Positions 9,432 to 19,399 are shown, counted from the first letter of the stretch. The stretch is DNA of 64,000 nt from an uncultured Alphaproteobacteria bacterium (GCA_944391395.1 CALXTI010000003.1:35843-99842), one strand, 5' to 3'. Numbers and translations are program-made. The notes: a model not told the origin generated them from the sequence alone.

Positions 9432-10177
9432 TATATAAAAGAATAAAACCGTCCATGATATCAGAGCAACCACGTATAATGATCGTGTTGGGTGGCCGTC
9501 CGGGTAGCGGTAAAACATCGGGTTTTCGTGGGTTAGTATATGATGATAGCTTTATTGTGCTGGATGCCGATGAAATAAAAACCATGCTGCCGGAATATAA
9601 AGGTTGGAATGCCGAGGAAGTACATGAAGAAAGCGGTGATATTTTAGAGCAATGTGTACAGGCTTGTAAAAGAAACCACTTAAATGTTGTGATAGAAACC
9701 ACAATGGGAAAAGCCGACAGTGTTTTACGCCGGATACGTGAGTTTCATGAAGACGGCTATAAAGTGGAGGCGCATTATATGTTTTTGCCGATGCAACAAG
9801 CCGGCCGTCGGGCGATGGAGCGTTTTTTAAATGGCGGCGAAAACGGCCGCTATATGCCGATAGGTGTTTTGCAGCAAATGGACAAGACGGAACAAAATTT
9901 TGATATTATCAAACCGTTTGTGGACGGGTGGAGTTTTTATTCCAATGCCGATAGAGGGCATCACGAACCCCCTGAATTAATAGCGGCATACGGTGATATA
10001 TATCTGCGGGAAAAATATAAGGAAGCGGCGTTAGCACATGGTAACTTGGATATGCTTGAAAATATACAAAGAATGAAAGAAAACGTCCATCAGTCAAGAG
10101 AAAGCGACACTATGCAGATGACAAAAAACAGTAATACCACGTTTAATATTCGCTTCAAAAAAGAACATGAAAAATAA
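9380..10177 (+). CDS. zeta-toxin family P-loop kinase (PezT/zeta-like)
   Basis: IVLGGRPGSGKTS Walker A, VLDADE, VVIETT, GYKVEAH blocks in the same order as PezT; GTG start at 9380, alternative ATG at 9455. Confidence 0.6.
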   Translation: MYTEEREALHEKIREDIVYKRIKPSMISEQPRIMIVLGGRPGSGKTSGFRGLVYDDSFIVLDADEIKTMLPEYKGWNAEEVHEESGDILEQCVQACKRNHLNVVIETTMGKADSVLRRIREFHEDGYKVEAHYMFLPMQQAGRRAMERFLNGGENGRYMPIGVLQQMDKTEQNFDIIKPFVDGWSFYSNADRGHHEPPELIAAYGDIYLREKYKEAALAHGNLDMLENIQRMKENVHQSRESDTMQMTKNSNTTFNIRFKKEHEK

Positions 10178-10238
10178 AATTTCCGACTTTTTTAAAATCT
10201 GTTAAAAATCATTGTTATTATATAAAAAACTTCAAGTA

Positions 10239-11039
10239 TTAACGACTGCGGAAATCCGCATTGCGTGAAAGAGCTTTTGCCAGATGGTTGCGGAAAAATT
10301 TTTCACCCTCTGTGATACAATCCGGACAAATCGGCGGCAAACCATGCGCCTTAAAAATCAGCCGCCGACGGGTTATTTCACTGAAATCGCCGTTCATCTG
10401 CTGCTGCATAATGCAGTTTTCATCGGCACAATGCGAACCGAGTTGTTCATAGGTGTTCTTGCGCCCCCGCCGCGTCAAGCCGATAGCGTGGCCGAACTCA
10501 TGCATAACAACGGTTTTAAACCCTTCTTGATCAAATCTGCCGTTGGGTTTGATAAAGCGTGCCGTGGATATAACGGAAAAAGCATTTTCTTCGCTGACCC
10601 CCAGACAAAAATTCAGCAGACGGCCATTGCGTTGGGTACCGTATAAATCATGCTTGGTGAGCAAAATCTGAATTTGCGGAATTTTTTTGGCATAAGGGTC
10701 GTTTGATAAATCATTATAAAGTGCGTCAATGCTGATCTGACCGTCCACCTTGATTATGCCGTCTTTTATTTTTATACCGGAAGCCCGCTCGTCGCTTAAA
10801 GATTGTTGTGCCGCACGACCGATGTACCAATCCGTGCTTTCATATGGCTCAAGAATGATGTTTCCATTGCGCGCCGTGCGGGAATGCTCGCTTTTCCAGT
10901 TACCGAGAATGGTTATCGGATAAGCTTCTTTAAAAGCGGGAAAACAATTCATGATTTCTTGTATGGCATCTTTCGCTATTGGTGCGACCAATTCCAAACC
11001 TTTTTCGCAAGTGATGTATATGTCTTTAATTTTCTGCAT
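10239..11039 (-). CDS. archaemetzincin-like zinc metalloprotease (peptidase M54-like)
   Basis: HEFGHAIGL ... HCADENCIM ... CPDC resembles the M54 HExxHxxG..HCx4CxM..CxxC signature, with insertions. Confidence 0.55.
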   Translation of the reverse strand: MQKIKDIYITCEKGLELVAPIAKDAIQEIMNCFPAFKEAYPITILGNWKSEHSRTARNGNIILEPYESTDWYIGRAAQQSLSDERASGIKIKDGIIKVDGQISIDALYNDLSNDPYAKKIPQIQILLTKHDLYGTQRNGRLLNFCLGVSEENAFSVISTARFIKPNGRFDQEGFKTVVMHEFGHAIGLTRRGRKNTYEQLGSHCADENCIMQQQMNGDFSEITRRRLIFKAHGLPPICPDCITEGEKFFRNHLAKALSRNADFRSR

Positions 11040-11155
11040 CGGCCGAACCTTTCATAATAAAAAGTATAGCAAAAATGTGTTTTTTGTCAATAAGAGGCGT
11101 AATAAAAAAGAGCGGCGTTAAAAAAACGCGCGCTCTTGAATTTTCTTTTTTTGCT

Positions 11156-11533
11156 TTAAGCGGTTAATTCCTCCAGCACCTCAAACATTACACGGATGTG
11201 GTGCCTGGTGCCGGTTGTAACCACCTGGCACATACCGGCTTCCGAAAGTGCAGAAAAGTCGTCAAATTCTTTTGATTTAACGAGATCTTCCAGCTGCTTT
11301 CTGACCATCATCATCGCCATCTTATCTCTATAAAAGCCGTCTTTGATTTGCATCAACGACAGTACGATACAGCCCGACAAGGCATACAGCTTGAAAATCA
11401 AAGGCAAAGCTCCGGGCATGGCGTATTGCCAAGCTTCACGAATGTCATTTGCCCAACCGCTGCGATAAAGGTTTAAGGCGTTGATGGTCTCATCAATTTT
11501 TTCCTGTGATGCCAAATACTTTTTGTTTTGCAT
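11156..11533 (-). CDS. hypothetical protein (125 aa)
   Basis: ORF with its own terminator hairpin at about 11100..11140; no recognisable motif. Confidence 0.45.
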   Translation of the reverse strand: MQNKKYLASQEKIDETINALNLYRSGWANDIREAWQYAMPGALPLIFKLYALSGCIVLSLMQIKDGFYRDKMAMMMVRKQLEDLVKSKEFDDFSALSEAGMCQVVTTGTRHHIRVMFEVLEELTA

Positions 11534-11752
11534 AAAAAAACTGGGTTTGTTTTAAGAGGGCTTAAATTACTCCCGTTCCCTCTTTTGTAAGTAAATAAAA
11601 AACCTGTTTTAAAGCAAAAGAATGATAATAATATTCTTAATACTTAAAACGTGATTACAAATTAGCATATTTTTGTCTAAAGTGCAAGCCTTTTTTTATA
11701 AATAAAAATAACTTGCTTTTTATTAAGTTTGGTTATAATGCAAATATATTAT

Positions 11753-11829
11753 GTCGGCGTAGCTCATCAGGATAGAGCAACAGTTTCCTAAACTGTGGGT
11801 AGTGGGTTCGAGTCCCGCCGCTGACGCCA
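11753..11829 (+). tRNA. tRNA-Arg (anticodon CCT)
   Basis: Cloverleaf with acceptor gtcggcg/cgctgac, anticodon loop ttCCTaa, encoded CCA; TATAAT-like box upstream. Confidence 0.8.
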
Positions 11830-11881
11830 GTTGTAGTCTCCGCGAGTTTGAAATAATCCGCGGGGATTTTTTTAACTCCAG

Positions 11882-11897
11882 CCCGCCGCTGACGCCA
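11882..11897 (+). repeat. 16-nt duplicate of the tRNA-Arg 3' end (cccgccgctgacgcca), 53 nt downstream of the tRNA
   Basis: Exact repeat of 11814..11829; resembles an att-site scar. Confidence 0.6.
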
Positions 11898-12056
11898 ATT
11901 AAAACACCTGCGCACTGTTTCAAGCCCGCGGGTGTTTTTTTAACAGCAGCTGAGATTTTTATTTAAAAAGGCTGCGGAAGATAAAAAAATATTAATGAAG
12001 CTTAAATTGTTTTTTATTATAAATATATCATAAACAGTTTTTTTAAGGAGAACATT

Positions 12057-12929
12057 ATGGAAAACGGACGACAGCCCCTGATGGTCGGTATCGGCGAGCT
12101 TTTATGGGATGTTTTTCCCGACCATAAAAAAGCCGGCGGCGCCCCGATAAATTTTGTTTATCATGCGGCACAGCTTGGTGCCAAAGCGTATGCGATAAGC
12201 GCGGTCGGGAATGATGAAAACGGCACCGAAATTTTAGCCGAACTCAAAAAAAGCGGCATAAACGGAATTATAGCCAGCACAAATTTTCCGACCGGAACGG
12301 TCGAAGTTAAATTAAAAGACGGCATCCCGGATTATACGATTGTTGAAAATGTCGCTTGGGACCATATTCAATTTACACCCTTGGCAGAAGAAATTTTAAG
12401 AAAAGCAGATGCCGTTTGTTACGGTACTTTGGCTTCCCGTCATCCGGACAGCCGAGCCGGCATTTTGAAAATGCTTTCAACCGTTCGTGCCGATGCCGTA
12501 AAACTTTATGACATTAATCTGCGCCAAAGTTATTATTCGGCCGGTTTGATTGACACGCTTTTAACCCATGCCAATGTTTTTAAAATTAATATTGATGAAA
12601 TGGCCGTGCTGCGTCCGCTGTTGGATTTGACAGGAAGCGATGAAGAAGTCTGTCACATTTTAATGAAACGTTACGGCTTAAAATATCTTATTTTTACTGC
12701 CGGTGAAAAATTCAGTCGTATATATTCCGAAACAGAAACCTCTTATATTGAAACACCGCAAGTTAAAGTAGCCGATACCGTCGGTGCCGGCGATTCATTT
12801 TCCGGTGCTTTTGTTTATGCTCTTTTGAGCGGAAAATCCCTGAAAGAAGCACACCACACGGCCGTAAATATATCGGCTTTTGTCTGTACCAGGGAAGGTG
12901 CCTGGCCCAAGTATGATAAAACATTTTAA
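12057..12929 (+). CDS. PfkB-family sugar kinase (fructokinase/ribokinase-like)
   Basis: N-terminal GELLWDVF..GGAPINF and C-terminal VGAGDSFSGAF anion-hole motif. Confidence 0.7.
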   Translation: MENGRQPLMVGIGELLWDVFPDHKKAGGAPINFVYHAAQLGAKAYAISAVGNDENGTEILAELKKSGINGIIASTNFPTGTVEVKLKDGIPDYTIVENVAWDHIQFTPLAEEILRKADAVCYGTLASRHPDSRAGILKMLSTVRADAVKLYDINLRQSYYSAGLIDTLLTHANVFKINIDEMAVLRPLLDLTGSDEEVCHILMKRYGLKYLIFTAGEKFSRIYSETETSYIETPQVKVADTVGAGDSFSGAFVYALLSGKSLKEAHHTAVNISAFVCTREGAWPKYDKTF

Positions 12930-12945
12930 ATAAAGGAGAAAAGCA

Positions 12946-14112
12946 ATGGTAAAACAATCTCAAAAATCAATGGTTGTCTGGCAGCTTGTTCCGGTCATGC
13001 TCGCTTTTTTTGCTATGGGGTTTGTGGATTCTGCCGGCATTGCCACCAATTATGTCAAAGCCGATTTCGGATTGTCGGATACGGTTGCCAACTTGTTTGC
13101 CTCAATGGTTTTTTTCTGGTTCTTTTTAGCTTCAGTACCGACCGGAATGCTGATGAACAAAATCGGACGGCATAAAACCGTTTTATGGAGTTTGGTCGTT
13201 ACCTTGCTGGCCGTCATTTTGCCGCTGATAGATTACAACCTGCCGTTAATGGTTGTTTCTTTTTCGCTTTTAGGGATAGGCAACACCATGATGCAGGTGT
13301 CAATTAATCCGCTGTTGTCAAACATTGTCAGTAAAAAGCGCCTTTCAAGCGCCGTAACCTTTGGCCAGTTTGTCAAGGCGGTGGCAGCTTTTGCCGGTCC
13401 GCTGCTGGCAAGCTGGATGGCAGTAAAATTCGGCAACTGGCGGCTGTTGTATGTCATCTTTTTGGCCGAAGGTGTCGTTGCTCTTGTAAGCCTGTATTTT
13501 GATAAAATTCCCGAAGAAAAGCTGGAAGGGAAAACCGCCGGTTTCAAGCAAAGTTTTGCTTTGTTGGGCGATAAACTGGTCTTCCTTTCCTTTATGGCCG
13601 TTTTATGCCATGTCGGCATTGATGTCGGTACCAACGTTACGGCACCTAAAATTTTTATGGAAAAACTTCCGGTTACATTGGAAACGGCGGCAATGGCTAC
13701 CGGCGTTTATTTTCTTTTCCGGACTTTTGCCAGTCTGTTCGGGGCATACATCCTGGCCAAATATTCCGGCCGCCGCTTTTTCCTGATAAGTATGGTGATT
13801 TTGGCCACAGGTCTTGGCGGTCTGATTGTTTTTGACGATTTGAAAATGCTGTATGTCTGCATGGGACTGATTGGCTTTGGCAATGCCAACGTTTTCCCGA
13901 TTGTTTTTTCACAGGCGATGTTATCAAAACCTGATAAGAAAAACGAAGTTTCGGCCTTGATGATTATGGGTATCTGCGGCGGCGCGGTTTTTCCGGTGTT
14001 GATGGGGGCAGCTTCCGATTTGCTCAAATCTCAGGACGGCGCTGTCATGATTATGGGCATCTGTGTGGCTTATTTGTTGTTCATGACCGGAAAAATTAAA
14101 GACAAGGCTTAG
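12946..14112 (+). CDS. MFS transporter
   Basis: 388 aa with about 12 TM segments in two 6-TM halves. Confidence 0.7.
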   Translation: MVKQSQKSMVVWQLVPVMLAFFAMGFVDSAGIATNYVKADFGLSDTVANLFASMVFFWFFLASVPTGMLMNKIGRHKTVLWSLVVTLLAVILPLIDYNLPLMVVSFSLLGIGNTMMQVSINPLLSNIVSKKRLSSAVTFGQFVKAVAAFAGPLLASWMAVKFGNWRLLYVIFLAEGVVALVSLYFDKIPEEKLEGKTAGFKQSFALLGDKLVFLSFMAVLCHVGIDVGTNVTAPKIFMEKLPVTLETAAMATGVYFLFRTFASLFGAYILAKYSGRRFFLISMVILATGLGGLIVFDDLKMLYVCMGLIGFGNANVFPIVFSQAMLSKPDKKNEVSALMIMGICGGAVFPVLMGAASDLLKSQDGAVMIMGICVAYLLFMTGKIKDKA

Positions 14113-14185
14113 CGATGATTTTATTGCTTTGTTAAATATTTTTAGTTAATAAAGAAGAAAAATAAATTATCGAAAGGAAGTTGAT

Positions 14186-14521
14186 ATGTCTAAAAAAACT
14201 TGTTTTATGATTTTTGTTGTGAGCGTTATTGTTATTATGGCAGCTTATATCCTCCGGATAGGAGCGGTGACGACACAGGTTGAACAGGTGTTTTCCGCCA
14301 TGCGCAGCCCATATATTGCCGGTGCGGCGGTTGTTCTGGCACTGTTGTTAAACAAGCAAAAATATTATTGGCTTATTATGCTTGGTTGTGCGGTTTTAAC
14401 GGCGGTTTTGGTGCAGCTTTTTGTTGTCGGCGGCAGTTTGACGGCTTGGAGCTTGGTTTATAAAACCGTGGCTTTTTTGGTTTATGCCTATCTGGTTGCC
14501 TTAATCAGGTTTATGCTCTGA
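14186..14521 (+). CDS. small membrane protein (3 TM)
   Basis: 111-aa hydrophobic ORF. Confidence 0.4.
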   Translation: MSKKTCFMIFVVSVIVIMAAYILRIGAVTTQVEQVFSAMRSPYIAGAAVVLALLLNKQKYYWLIMLGCAVLTAVLVQLFVVGGSLTAWSLVYKTVAFLVYAYLVALIRFML

Positions 14522-14801
14522 AAACCGGTCTCAAAACGGCTTAATTGTCGTATTCATTTCCCTCTCCCCCAAATGATTGCCAAATAACACCCTGTTACAC
14601 CGGCGCAAGAATCACAGGCTTCGCGCATGTCGTCAAGTTTCATGTTTTTTAGTTTTTTTACCGTCGTTGAATCGTTTTTGATATTATCTCCATAATAAGA
14701 ATAATTGCATTTTCCCGGCTGGCAAAATGTATACGTAGACGCCATTCCTACAAAACAGCGTAGCTGTTGAGGATTAGGAGGCCTAAAGAAATAAATTTGT
14801 C

Positions 14802-16394
14802 TTATGCGACAATTTGTTCTCTGGTTTTGCAGAATTTGATTTTCGGAAAATCTTCCGCCGCTTTGTTCAGATGCCATGCGTTGCGTGCCAGAAAAACCGT
14901 TGCGCCGTCATGGTCTTGGGCAATATTCATCTGATTAGCATCCATAAATTTTTGTAAAATATTTTTATCGTCGCATTCAAGCCAGCGGGCTGTGTAATAT
15001 TGCGTCGGTTCAAAAATGACCGGAATATTAAATTCGGTGCGGATTCGGTCGGCCATCACTTCAAATTGCAAAACACCAACGGCGCCGACCACCCATTCCG
15101 AACCGATAATCGGCTTAAACACACTGGCACCGCCTTCTTCGGCAATTTGTTGCAATGCCGCGCCCAAGTGTTTTGATTTCAACGGGTCAACCGCCCGCAC
15201 CGATTTGAGCAACTCCGGCGCAAAACTCGGTATTCCGGTGAAATGCAGTTTTTCCCCTTCGGTTAATGTGTCGCCGATTCGGAGTTGTCCGTGATTGGGA
15301 ATACCGATAATATCGCCGGCGTAGGCATCTTCGGCGAGTTCCCTTTCCTGAGCCAAAAACATGACCGGCGTCGGAACTTTAAGACTTTTGCCGGTGCGCA
15401 CCTGATACAAGCTCATACCGCGTTTGAAATGTCCGGAACAAATCCGCATAAAAGCGATGCGGTCGCGATGCTTGGGGTCCATATTGGCTTGAATCTTAAA
15501 AATAAAACCGCTGACCTTGTTTTCATCGGCATTAACGATGCGTTCCGCGGTCGGGTGCGGTTGCGGGGCAGGGGCAAAACGGTGCAAACCTTCCAAAACT
15601 TCCTGCACGCCGAAATTATTGATGGCGCTACCGAAAAACACGGGCGTCAGTGCGCCGGCAAGATATAAATCCAAATCAAACTTCGGGCAAAGTTCTTTGA
15701 CCATTTCCACATCTTCGCGCAGCTTGGCGACCGCGTGTGCCGGCAAAAGCTCGTCAAGTTTGGGGTCGTCAAGCCCTTGGCAGGTTTCAATCACGGCGTT
15801 GATTTGCGATTTGTCGCCGCTTTTGTTTAATAAAATCAGCTGGTCATTGATGATGTCATAGCAACCCAAAAAATCTTTGCCGGCGCCGATTGGCCAACTG
15901 GCGGGCGTCACATCAAGCGCCAGAGTTTTTTCAATATCATCCAGCAGCACAAACGGATCCAACCCCTCGCGGTCGAGTTTGTTGATAAAAGTCAAAATCG
16001 GGATATTGCGCAAACGGCACACTTCAAAGAGTTTTTTGGTTTGGCTTTCAATACCTTTGGCGGAATCCAAAACCATCACCGCGGAATCAACAGCGGTCAA
16101 AACCCGGTAAGTGTCTTCGGAAAAATCTTCGTGGCCGGGGGTATCCAAAAGGTTGAATGTTACATCTTGATATTCAAACGTCATCACCGACGAGGCGACC
16201 GAAATGCCGCGTTCCTGTTCGACCTTCATCCAGTCTGAATGCGCGCGCCGGTTTTCGCCGCGGGCTTTGACCGCGCCGGCTTGCTGAATGGCACCGCCGA
16301 ACAGCAAAAGCTTTTCGGTTAACGTTGTTTTACCGGCGTCCGGGTGTGAAATAATGGCAAAAGTTTTGCGTTTGCTTATTTTGTTTTCTGGCAT
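14802..16394 (-). CDS. prfC: peptide chain release factor 3
   Basis: AIISHPDAGKTTLTEKLL GTPase G1 motif, DTPGHEDF; 530 aa. Confidence 0.9.
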   Translation of the reverse strand: MPENKISKRKTFAIISHPDAGKTTLTEKLLLFGGAIQQAGAVKARGENRRAHSDWMKVEQERGISVASSVMTFEYQDVTFNLLDTPGHEDFSEDTYRVLTAVDSAVMVLDSAKGIESQTKKLFEVCRLRNIPILTFINKLDREGLDPFVLLDDIEKTLALDVTPASWPIGAGKDFLGCYDIINDQLILLNKSGDKSQINAVIETCQGLDDPKLDELLPAHAVAKLREDVEMVKELCPKFDLDLYLAGALTPVFFGSAINNFGVQEVLEGLHRFAPAPQPHPTAERIVNADENKVSGFIFKIQANMDPKHRDRIAFMRICSGHFKRGMSLYQVRTGKSLKVPTPVMFLAQERELAEDAYAGDIIGIPNHGQLRIGDTLTEGEKLHFTGIPSFAPELLKSVRAVDPLKSKHLGAALQQIAEEGGASVFKPIIGSEWVVGAVGVLQFEVMADRIRTEFNIPVIFEPTQYYTARWLECDDKNILQKFMDANQMNIAQDHDGATVFLARNAWHLNKAAEDFPKIKFCKTREQIVA

Positions 16395-16537
16395 TTTACG
16401 ACCTGTGCGTTTTTAATGTTTTTCTAATTGCGGCGTATCTTATAAAAATTTATTTAACAATACAATACTTTTATGATTTTTCTTGATTTAAATATTTTTT
16501 TGGCTAGTATTTCATCAGCCAAAATAGGATTAACACC

Positions 16538-16622
16538 GCGGACGTGGCGGAATTGGTAGACGCGCCAGACTTAGGATCTGGTGTCGCAAGATGTGTGGGT
16601 TCAAGTCCCTCCGTCCGCACCA
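16538..16622 (+). tRNA. tRNA-Leu (anticodon TAG)
   Basis: 85 nt with long variable arm; anticodon loop ctTAGga; encoded CCA. Confidence 0.85.
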
Positions 16623-16662
16623 TTGTTCTCAATGGTTATATTTTTTAGAAGAGAAAAGATAA

Positions 16663-18024
16663 ATGAAAGTTACTGAAACAAAATCTAAAGGTTTGAACAA
16701 AGAATACAAAGCCGTGATTCCGGCGGCTGATTTTGAAAAAGAAGTTGATGCCAAAATCGAGCGCATCGCTAAGACGACCAAAATTCCGGGTTTCCGTCCG
16801 GGCAAAGCGCCGAAAGCCATGCTCAAACAAAAATACCGCGCCTCGGTTTTGGGCGAGGTTTTGGATGAAATGCTCAAAAATTCCGCCGATGAAATCATCA
16901 AAGAAAACAAGCTGCGTCCGGCTGTGATGCCGGAAATCAACTTAACCGTTTTCGGCGACGGCAAAGATGTTGAGTTTGATGTTATGGTCGAAGTTTTGCC
17001 TGAAATCAAACTTGGTGATTTTTCCAAAATCACGTTGGAAAAGCTGACCGCCGAAGTTCCGGCTGAAGAAGTGGAAAAAGCCATTCGTTATGTTGCCGAA
17101 AGCCGCAAAGAAACCGTTAAGGTTGAAGAAGACCGTCCGACCAAAAAAGGCGATGTCGCCGTTATTGATTTTGTTGGCTCGGTTAACGGGGAAGAATTCA
17201 AAGGCGGCAAAGGCAGCAACTATCCGTTAGAACTTGGCTCCGGTGCTTTTATTCCGGGGTTTGAAGACCAGCTTATCGGTAAAAAAGCCGGCGACAAAGT
17301 TGATGTTAAAGTTACGTTCCCTGAAAACTACCATGCCAAAGATTTAGCCGGCAAAGAGGCGGTTTTTGCAGTGGAAATTAAAGAAATCCGCGAACCTAAA
17401 GAAGTGGTGATTGATGATGAGTTTGCCAAATCTTTGGGTGAGAAAGACTTGGATTCTTTGCGTGCCAAGGTGGTGGAGCGGATTAAAGCTGATTATGAAG
17501 TCGCCTCCAAGATGAAGTTGAAACGCGCTTTGCTGGATGTCTTGGATAAGGAATACAACTTTGAAGTTCCGGGCAAATTGATTGACGCCGAATATGACGG
17601 CATCGTCAAACAATATGAACAGGCCAAAAAATACAATCAGCTTGATGAATATGAAAAAAGCAAAGATGAAAAAGATTTGTTGGCTGAATACAAAGAGATT
17701 GCTTTGCGCCGTGTCAAGCTTGGGCTTCTGCTCTCGGAAATCGGTATGGATGCCAAGTTGACGATTTTGCCGGAAGACATCAACAAGGCAATCGCCGCCG
17801 AAGCGCAAAAATACCCGGGACAGGAAAAAGCCGTGTTTGATTATTATTTAAAAAATAAAAACGCGGTGGAAGCTCTCAAAGCGCCGGTTTTTGAAGAAAA
17901 AATCGTTGAACACGTTTTAAGCAAGGTTAAATTGCAGGAAAAGACCGTAACGGCCGAAGAACTTTATTCTTTTGAAGAGGATAAAAAAGCGGCTAAGAAA
18001 ACGTCCAAAAAATCTGCGGCCTAA
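16663..18024 (+). CDS. tig: trigger factor
   Basis: N-terminal ribosome-binding motif region, central FKBP-type PPIase, 453 aa. Confidence 0.9.
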   Translation: MKVTETKSKGLNKEYKAVIPAADFEKEVDAKIERIAKTTKIPGFRPGKAPKAMLKQKYRASVLGEVLDEMLKNSADEIIKENKLRPAVMPEINLTVFGDGKDVEFDVMVEVLPEIKLGDFSKITLEKLTAEVPAEEVEKAIRYVAESRKETVKVEEDRPTKKGDVAVIDFVGSVNGEEFKGGKGSNYPLELGSGAFIPGFEDQLIGKKAGDKVDVKVTFPENYHAKDLAGKEAVFAVEIKEIREPKEVVIDDEFAKSLGEKDLDSLRAKVVERIKADYEVASKMKLKRALLDVLDKEYNFEVPGKLIDAEYDGIVKQYEQAKKYNQLDEYEKSKDEKDLLAEYKEIALRRVKLGLLLSEIGMDAKLTILPEDINKAIAAEAQKYPGQEKAVFDYYLKNKNAVEALKAPVFEEKIVEHVLSKVKLQEKTVTAEELYSFEEDKKAAKKTSKKSAA

Positions 18025-18040
18025 GCAGCGAAATAAATTC

Positions 18041-18080
18041 CAACAAAAAACGCCTTCTGAAGTTAAGGCGTTTTTTGTTG
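18041..18080 (+). terminator. rho-independent terminator after tig
   Basis: aaaacgcctt..aaggcgtttt hairpin followed by a T-run. Confidence 0.75.
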
Positions 18081-18127
18081 GAATAAGGCATAATATCATC
18101 AAGTAATATAAAACCGGTGCAGGCTTT

Positions 18128-18934
18128 TTACCAATCGGTAATTTTACTGACTAAAATTGCCTGAGCCTTGTTAGTCGCCGGTATAGGTGTGCCAGAGGAG
18201 CTGGCAGATTGTGTCAACGGTGTTGTATAGGCATACACAGGGTCTCCGTTCCAGCTTGGTTCACCATATGATGATTTGTCATAAAATATGCCGTTTGATA
18301 AAGTATCTACCCATGTCGCGGCGTTTGTTTTTATGGCAGACCGGTAAGAATCGGCGCCATATCCTGCCTCTTTGTCAATAAGTTTTAAGGAGTTATTAAT
18401 TGCGGATATGTTCGGATATATTTTTGATAAAGCGTATGCTGTCGGAATGTTAAACTCAGGTCTGGTTCTGTTATTTGTTTTTGAATACAATACCCCCAGA
18501 AAATCTTCATTTGTAGTACTTAAATAGCAGTCTTGGACAAAAGTCCGGCACGTATTAGCGTTATTAGTATTATCACAGCTTCCGAGAAGAATTTGAGCAT
18601 TACGATAGTATTCCTTGTCACCTGTCCAGCTTTGGGCATATTTATATTTAGAGGGACAATTTTTCGGGCAAACATCGCCATAGTATGTACCATAGTAATA
18701 ATCGTAATTACAACCATAGGGAACATCCCAAGAACTGTTGGTAAACGGAATATCGCCGAAAGCGTCGACCGCATAGACATCGCTATCTTCATTGTAAGCA
18801 ACCACGCCATGAGCATAAATAAAATCGCAAGAAGCATTATAGTTTGATTCCGCTTTTTCCGGTGTGGCACAATATGATTTGTTGTTATACAGAATTGCCC
18901 AGTCACCGATTTTGCACCGGGTGAAAATATCGTT
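18128..18934 (-). pseudogene. AT-rich Tyr/Asn/Ser/Cys-rich protein (secreted-like composition) lacking a usable start codon; probable gene remnant
   Basis: Open frame of about 268 codons; first start is a GTG at 18805 with no RBS; 43 open codons upstream contain no ATG/GTG/TTG. Confidence 0.35.
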
Positions 18935-18970
18935 CCTTTATTTAAAAAACTTAACGCCTTGCCTACGGAA

Positions 18971-19351
18971 ATGCAAAGCCCGAACAGCAATACTCTTTAT
19001 GATGTCTTTAATAACTGGGTAGGTTTAAGCCGAGGCGATGCAACCGGTAATAAGAGTTCGTACATATACTTTAATGTCAGAATGACAAGCATGACGGACT
19101 CTAATCATGATATTTGTCGCAATGTGTTGGAAAGTTTTAAAGGTTACGCGGCGGAATTATACGCAATCGGGGTTAATTCCACTACTTCGGAGGATATCAA
19201 TCAACAAGACTGGTATTATGGCAGTCAAGCCAGTAATGTGCTCGGGCATGCTCGAAAGATACATATGCTTGATATTCAAGCGATGCAGACCGTTTGTGAA
19301 AAATGTGATTCTAACAGCTGCGATATTTATGCCATTTTACGGATTTTGTAA
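18971..19351 (+). CDS. hypothetical small protein (126 aa, four Cys), divergent from the locus above
   Basis: ATG at 18971 with weak GGAA; no signal peptide; no recognisable motif. Confidence 0.3.
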   Translation: MQSPNSNTLYDVFNNWVGLSRGDATGNKSSYIYFNVRMTSMTDSNHDICRNVLESFKGYAAELYAIGVNSTTSEDINQQDWYYGSQASNVLGHARKIHMLDIQAMQTVCEKCDSNSCDIYAILRIL

Positions 19352-19388
19352 AAAAACACCCGCCGATATTTTCGACGGGTGTTTTCAT
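19352..19388. terminator. bidirectional hairpin between the small ORF and the secA 3' end
   Basis: aacacccg..cgggtgtt stem flanked by A-run and T-run. Confidence 0.6.
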
Positions 19389-19399
19389 CAATCAATTTA

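Noticed and set aside
11723-11923. Two minus-strand ORFs over tRNA-Arg
   Set aside because: They overlap a confidently folded tRNA and its terminators.
14554-14877. 107-aa ORF (or 63-aa Cys-rich sub-ORF from 14745) overlapping the 3' end of prfC
   Set aside because: Overlaps prfC in another frame; AGGA directly abuts the ATG (no spacer); no terminator or promoter signals; most likely spurious.
18520-18990. 156-aa minus-strand ORF overlapping the Tyr-rich remnant and the small divergent ORF
   Set aside because: Hydrophobic low-complexity translation from the alternative frame of an AT-rich region; no N-terminal signal features; it would not restore a start for the remnant gene.
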